64,000 nucleotides of DNA from the human T2T-CHM13v2.0 reference genome, Homo sapiens. The stretch is taken from NCBI RefSeq assembly GCF_009914755.1, contig NC_060929.1; one strand, written 5' to 3'. Positions 55,194 through 64,000 of the stretch are shown here, piece by piece (within the stretch, counting starts at the first letter, position 1; every line of letters starts with the position of its first letter). The notes under the pieces were generated by a model. That model saw only the letters and a program-made list of their open reading frames with translations. It did not search any database and was not told the DNA's origin. A program made the translations under genes and the position numbers.

Positions 55194-55846
55194 TAAAGTC
55201 CATTAGTGAAAAAATGTATTTATAAAGTTGAACAAAAATGAATATTTATCTCTGTTATAGATGATAAAAGTTTAATTCTGGCTGAATCTTTTATTTTAAA
55301 AGATGAAAACAATGGATACACTGATAATGCGCTTTCAAAAGAAATCTAACAAATCTGAGTGTGCAGCCCATCAGAAGCATTAATATATCACTATGAGAAA
55401 GGCAGAGCAAAACCTTTTTCTTTTGTCTTTTGTTAATATCTTAACCTGAAGAGAGTCTCCTTGTAGCCTAGGTTATGTTAGCATAGGGAAACGGAGAGAG
55501 AGCAAGGGATCATGAAATCTACTGATACCTGCGATCCAAATTAAGACATTAATTCCAGGTCTGTTTGTGTCAGAGCGAATGACACATTAGTATTTATTTA
55601 GCATACATTAGAAATTCTATAAAATTCCTTGTTTTATGAATTTATTAACTTGAAGGCAGTCTAAAATAATCTCTCTATTTTATTTCATATGCATACTTAC
55701 CAAGCTAAGTCAAATTGATTAGTACCTGGATGAGGATTTGGCAGATGCAGTAAATGATGCATATTGCCTTGAATTCTAGGAAATTCCAAGCACATAATTA
55801 TTATTTGGTTTCTTAACGATCTAATCTCAGAATTCTACCCTCAAAA

Positions 55847-55849
55847 AGA

Positions 55850-55897
<48 letters not shown>

Positions 55898-55913
55898 CAG
55901 AGAGAGAGAGAGA
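55847..55913. repeat. Interrupted (GA)n microsatellite
   Basis: ~30 GA units with t/c interruptions. Confidence 0.95.
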
Positions 55914-56570
55914 AAGTATGTGTGTATGTGAGGGGCAGTGGGGTGGGGAGGCAACTAATGATTATGAATAATATGTTGTAATTGTTTTCCTTAAAAACCA
56001 GGTTGCATATGACACTTCTCATAAATCTTATGAGCAAGGAACTTACAAATAAAGTTACTCTAAACTTCAGTGTCTAAATTCCAATGACACTCATCTACTT
56101 ATAGTGCCAGTAAAAGTAGTTCATGAACCCGGGATTTCATAGTGATTCACAAATCTCTTTATCCTTTATTACCACACTTCTACAACTGAGTAGGGTAACT
56201 AAGGTATAAGGATACTGTCAATAGTAGCTATTCACATTTCCACATACCTTCACATCCTGGCAATCTTTTTAGGAATAGTGGCAGTCAATAGCAATCATTG
56301 AACATTGATTCTTTGTCCTGATGTTTTCAGCTTACTGCACATTCCACAATGAAATCATTCAGTTATCTTCCTTGATGTAACTTCCTATCTGAAGACATTC
56401 TCAGCACTCCCTATTTCTTACCATCTTTACTGAATTTCCAAACATTATTCCAGCCATGCCACTTGTTAAAACAACAAAACAAACCAAACAAAAACTTCCT
56501 TTTTTCCTTTAAGCAATTGATCTATTTTCTTTTAAAATTTTCCACAAAACTCATTCCACAAGTTACCCGT

Positions 56571-56864
56571 TTTGGTTTTTTTAGGTTTTTTTTTTTTTTT
56601 TTTTTTTTTGATGGAGTCTCGTTCTGTCTCCCAGTCTGGAGTGCAGTGGCGCGATCTCAGCTCCCTGCAACCTCCGCCTCCTGGGTTCAAGTGATTCTCC
56701 TGACTCAGCCGCCTGAGTAGCTGAGACTACAGGTGAGTGCCACCATGACTGGCTAATTTTTGTATTTTTAGTAGAGACGGGGTTTCACCATATTGGACAG
56801 GCTGGTCTTGAACTCCTGACCTTGTGATCCACCTGCCTTGGCCTCCCAAAGTGCTGGGATTACA
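56571..56864 (-). mobile_element. AluS (Sc/Sg-like), slightly 5'-truncated
   Basis: poly-T, gatggagtctcg...ctcctgaccttgtgatcc...gtgctgggattaca. Confidence 0.95.
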
Positions 56865-58197
56865 AAGACTTTTTGTATTCAATTTTTCAAAACAATAAAT
56901 GAAAATTTAAAACAGAAGTTATAGAACTTGGGCTTAAATTATAATAAATGGAAAAGTTGATCAAGTTCATTTTCATAGTCCATCTGCACAATTAGTTCAT
57001 TAAAAATATATATTGATATCAACTATTTTCTAAGCACTCAAGAGAAAAAAAGATGAATAATAACATTGTTGCTGCCCAAACTTATAATCTAGATGGTATA
57101 AACAACTAATACAAACACATATGAACAGTTGTAAACTATTAAATGTATGAAAGTAAAAGGGACATGATGAAATCAGAAATTTATGGGTCTTGAGAAATTT
57201 GATAGTCAAAATTTTTACATCAATTATGCAGAACTGCTGCTAAAATTATCAGTTATTCTATATTAGCCAAATAGATGACTTCAGTTTTCTTTTTGGGCTC
57301 TCTTCTCAGGACTACATAGCCATAATCCTTTTTTCAGCTTTCAGGAGGAAATGAACACATCCGTTAAAGTTTTAATCCATGAGCTTGTTTTCCCAATTTC
57401 TAAAAATATAAAACATTAAGTCCATATTTTTATAGAAATCAACTTATCTTTGAGCAGCTGCAATTTTTATTCTGCATCTTTCAAATTTGTTTTAAGGTGC
57501 TATAAAATTAACAGATGCTCTTATTTCTCAGCATCCCAGTGAAGGAAAGGAGATTAAGTGGAATTTTTGTAGTAGCCATTTCTCCTGACTGTACCTATTA
57601 TAAGACCACTCACTTATATTAAAAGAAATATCTAAAATTATCTTGACTTCAGAATTTGTCATATTCTTTGTTCATATATATTGGCTTCTTTTTAGTTTTA
57701 AAAGGATGAATAAAATCTTTTTTCCATAGAAAATGAAAGAGTTTCAGAAAAGAAAGGTCTGCAGTTGATTTCTTTTCTTTAAAAGTAGGTGGGACAAAAG
57801 TACATGAATTTATATGGGCAGAAGTGGATTGATGGGGAAGTAATAATTCTTAGTTATCTACCATATTCTGGGCATTATTGTAGACATGTCTTTCATTTAA
57901 TCTACACTGTGATCCTTTTAAGCAGTGTTTATAAGTGACTAATTTTTAGATAATACTCCCATTCTGACACAGCAGGTAGCAGCTTATTCATGCAACAATC
58001 TGATATAGGTTTATTGCCACACTTTGGGAACTCTTATTTCTCTTTCACTGTAAAGGTCTTCAATTTACAAGTTACTGAAGAGAGATTGTTCTTATATTGT
58101 TTCTTAGTAGATCCAGCTCTTGTAGTTGACTAAAATTTGGTCCAAATATTTCTTTTCCTATTATGCTAATATTTGCCTTCAGACTATACCTTATGGT

Positions 58198-58345
58198 GAT
58201 ATCAATATCAACACCAATGCTAGTACAACATCAGTAACAATATGAACACTAACATAACTAATATTGATATACCATTACAAACATGAATAGCAATATTGAC
58301 ATCAGTAACGATACCAATACCAATGACAGCACAAAATACAATTAA
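58198..58345. repeat. Degenerate ~6-bp-period low-complexity repeat (AAYAYC-like)
   Basis: gatatc aatatc aacacc aatgct...gacatc agtaac gatacc aatacc aatgac. Confidence 0.55.
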
Positions 58346-58379
58346 AGTATCAGTATTTGTATTTTATGTCAAAGACAAA

Positions 58380-58550
58380 GATAACTCATTTTATCTGCAT
58401 TAAATTATCACAATAAATATATATTGCCATTACTATCGGCATCTATTATAAGATGAAGAAACTGATGCTCAAAGACACCAACTAACTCATTCAATGTCTT
58501 ACAGTGAAGTGGCAGAATCAGAACTGGTTTTCAAATCTGTCTGATTGTAA
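58380..58550 (-). mobile_element. MIR fragment
   Basis: agatgaagaaactgatgctcaaaga...caatgtcttacag...gtggcagaatcaga...tctgtctga. Confidence 0.7.
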
Positions 58551-59619
58551 CAAATAGAATGCACTACAGTCTTTTTGAAACCACTTCTGAATATTTTAAG
58601 AACAGTGTAGTCTCTATTCTTTTCCCCATGTAGGCTTTCTTCTTAACATTAAACAGATGTAAGCCTCCTTTCAGCTCCCAGAAAAAGATTAAGATATTCA
58701 TTAAATTTAATTTGAATTTTCCACTCAAATTGCAGAAATATTCATTGCTGATTGATTTTTTAACAATATGTGTAATTGCTCATCTAGTACCTCATTAGGC
58801 TTTCAGTGGGCCATGGTTCTTCAGCCATGGTTGAAAAATATTTTTGAAGCAACACATATTTATATTCTTGGCACTTGAACTTTGGATCATAGGTGACTTT
58901 TTGCTAATCTGGTAACACCTAGCTATTAGCATAAGAACCCTCCCGTTAGAGTCATGACCCTAGTCACCACAGTGATTCAAGCATCGCACTTTTTCCTTCT
59001 AGACAAACTTGTGTTCACATCATTTAGTATAGTCAAAGGAGTCAGTTTTGTCTCCCAGTTATCTCATACATTATAGGCTTTTCAGTGTTCAAATCACCAC
59101 TTTGAGAGAAATATTCATGTCCATGTAGTTCCTCTTTACCTTTACCTGAAGCCAGCAAACCAGAGTAGTGGTGCATAGACCCATTTCCTTCATTTATCTT
59201 TTGTAACCTGTTATAGCATAACAAAGGAGGAAAACAACTACAATTTTCAGGTATATGGACAGATGTTGATAAGATCAAATCAAGATGGAGTCCTCAGACT
59301 TTGATTATCTCCAAGGAATCTCAAATAGTCATTTACTCAAATGTGATTAGCTCCCATTATGGTCTCAGAGCCCATTGTCAACTGCTAAAAATAATTTCCT
59401 CTCTGTTTCCAATTGACAATGGAGCATATAGTCTGTTCTTTCAGTTATTTCACAGCTTGCCAAACTACTACTAGATTTGTTCTAGGTATGCTTTATTTTT
59501 TCCTAACTAGTATCTTATTCTCTCTGCCTTTATAACTCTTCAAGAAAGCTGTTTGTTCTATCTTCAATTTTTTTTAAAAAATAACTGTCATTCATTGCTC
59601 AAATTTCTCAAAAAATCAC

Positions 59620-59880
59620 ATGCTTTCTCTTTTTGAGAAAGCCATTATTTATATTCTACTTTACTTGTTTTTTCTTTTGCATAGTACTTCTCATTTGGAA
59701 CCTACTAGACGATACAATCATTTTCATATTTCTTGATTAATATCTGTCTCCTCCCATTAGATGTAAGTTTACACAAGCAAAGATCTTGGTTTCCACATAT
59801 ATTTTAATCCCCAGTCTCTACAATAGTAACTGAATACAAACCGGTACTCAATCAATACTTGATAAGTGAATGGATGGCTG
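59620..59880 (+). mobile_element. L2 3' end
   Basis: ctgtctcctcccattagatgtaag...atccccagtctcta...ggtactcaatcaatacttg...gaatggatgg. Confidence 0.75.
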
Positions 59881-61877
59881 AGTATCTCATCCATTTTCTT
59901 CTGTTTATGAAAACTTTAAAAATCATGTTTGATGATCTGTAAACAATTTAATCTACTTTTCTCTACTTTCCCAAACATTTGAATGTATTTAAAGATAAAT
60001 TTTAAAAATGATATGGTGGTGATTACAAGTAAAATATTGAGTCTAGGATGAAAAGTTTGTGTAGTGTGACAGTTAATAAAAGCTCTCCCATTGTGATGAT
60101 AGCTGTATTTGGCAAGAGTAAAAGTTAAGATTTGATGAACAGGTTCTAGATGGGGAAAATAACAAAATGTGGAGAACTAGAGACATGTGGAGAAGTAGAA
60201 ATTAGTATGGCATTCAGGAAGGCAGCAAGAAGACAGGATTGAAGGACAGAGTAGAGACAATATTAGTTAGCCAGGGAGGAGCCAGAATGAATGGCTGAGG
60301 GCTCTGACCAAAACACTTTGATCTTAGAAAAGAAATAAATAAGCAAATAAGCTCTTGATTAGGGAAATAGAATGATAAAGATGTTAAAGAAAGATTAAGG
60401 TCTTATCATCACTTGCTACTTATAATTTGATATATATGGTGTACTAACAGAAAATTGAGTTAATAATTTTTAGTAACCACTTCATGCCAGTTTGTGTCCT
60501 GCATGCTTTAAATATTTAACTTAACTAAAAAGTAATCATGCAATAGAATGACTTTTTCAGCGCAAAGTACATTAGCCTCCCACTCTTACAGGCAAAATTA
60601 GAACTCATTTCATAACCTATTACTTTTGTAGATATGGTCTGTTGAGTTCTCCAATATATTTCAATGTTTTATGAAATTGCACCAACTACACTGATAATAT
60701 TAATTTACACCTGTTTTTTTCTTTAAACCAAGCATATTTCCTACTAGAGGGTTCCATATTTGAGCATGTTTTGAGGGCATTTAACATGTGTTTTCTGAGT
60801 AAATCATTGGGTTTATGTTACTGCATGTATATATTTATGTGTGTGCATATATGCATATAAACATAATAAAGTGAAGTATCTATTCTGTATATTACATATT
60901 TAAAAGTTGTCAAGAGTATAGAGTTACACTGAATTAGTATAGATCTGCCAATTTTCTAAGGTAATAGTCCATATATCCATTTTAGGCAGTTAATAGATGC
61001 TTAATTGGATAATGTTAGTGCGTTACCATACTTTTTGCACAAGGAGAATTTAATAAGGAAAGTCATTAAAGAGAGTAGAATTATACTGTGATCAGTTTAT
61101 CATTAAGGTGATCGGTTCTCCTCTTCCAGTCATTTCCTATGCTCTTTAAGGTATTTGGGGGGAATTCTTAGGCATATCACCTGAATGTCCCACCATAATT
61201 TTTGGCTCTTTTTCTAAGAAAGTTAATATAACTTTGGCCTCTGCTTGAATTTTTATTCAGAGAATAGGTATATATTTTTCTCTGTGTCTTCTAAGAGCAG
61301 TACAATGAATGTGAGTTAGATATAATGAAAATGTTCTTGACAGTGTTAGCTGTTAAACATTGGAATAAGTTATAACAGGGGAAGATTAGAGGGCTTTAAA
61401 AATGAGATGAATCATCATCTTAATAACAGCATAAAAGCAACATAGGAAATGTCATTCAAGATCAGAACAGTGGTCTATTCAGCTGCTACTTTTTCTGTAA
61501 CCTAAATATCTAGAATGTAGTAGTTTCCTTCCCCAACAGTCACCTTACAATAATGTAACTCAAGTATTCTTAGTTTCACTTTAATATGTTCCTGAGAAGT
61601 GAATTTAATCTACCTTAAGCCTGTTCATCTTTTTATACAGTACAAACTCTTTTTGGATATCGAGAATAATTTTCTTTATGATTTTTATACCTAAGCCATT
61701 CAGACTTTTTGGAAAGTCCACCATTAATGAATTAATATATTCATTCATACACCTGATAAATATCATTTGAAATATCAGAATATACAATATTGAAGAAACT
61801 GACTTAGGCATTATATGAATGCAACATAAATGATATATTTTAATCTGACCTCTAGAGGTATCAGTTAAGAATTGCAC

Positions 61878-64000
<2,123 letters not shown>

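Overview
This window is AT-rich primate (catarrhine, human-like) non-coding DNA, either intronic or intergenic, and much of it is transposable-element debris. It contains about 16 Alu/FLAM copies, nested L1s (L1ME, L1MC, L1MA, L1PB, L1PA, HAL1), MaLR/ERVL/ERV1/ERVK LTRs (MST, MLT1, MLT2, MER34/39-like, MER11), Tigger1, MER5A, MER33, MER102, L2, MIR, CR1 and microsatellites. I can support no protein-coding gene, RNA gene or CRISPR array; the recognisable ORFs are Alu, L1 or Tigger remnants. Subfamily names come from recalled consensus sequences and need RepeatMasker/Dfam confirmation. I see no evidence of a new gene system. The most unusual signal is a recurrent architecture seen three times (about 3.8, 34.4 and 37.5 kb): 90-300 bp insertions copied from nearby sequence, mostly inverted, each flanked by an 8-17 bp direct repeat and lacking poly(A). 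There is also a fold-back-rearranged L1MA and several other template-switch-like scars.
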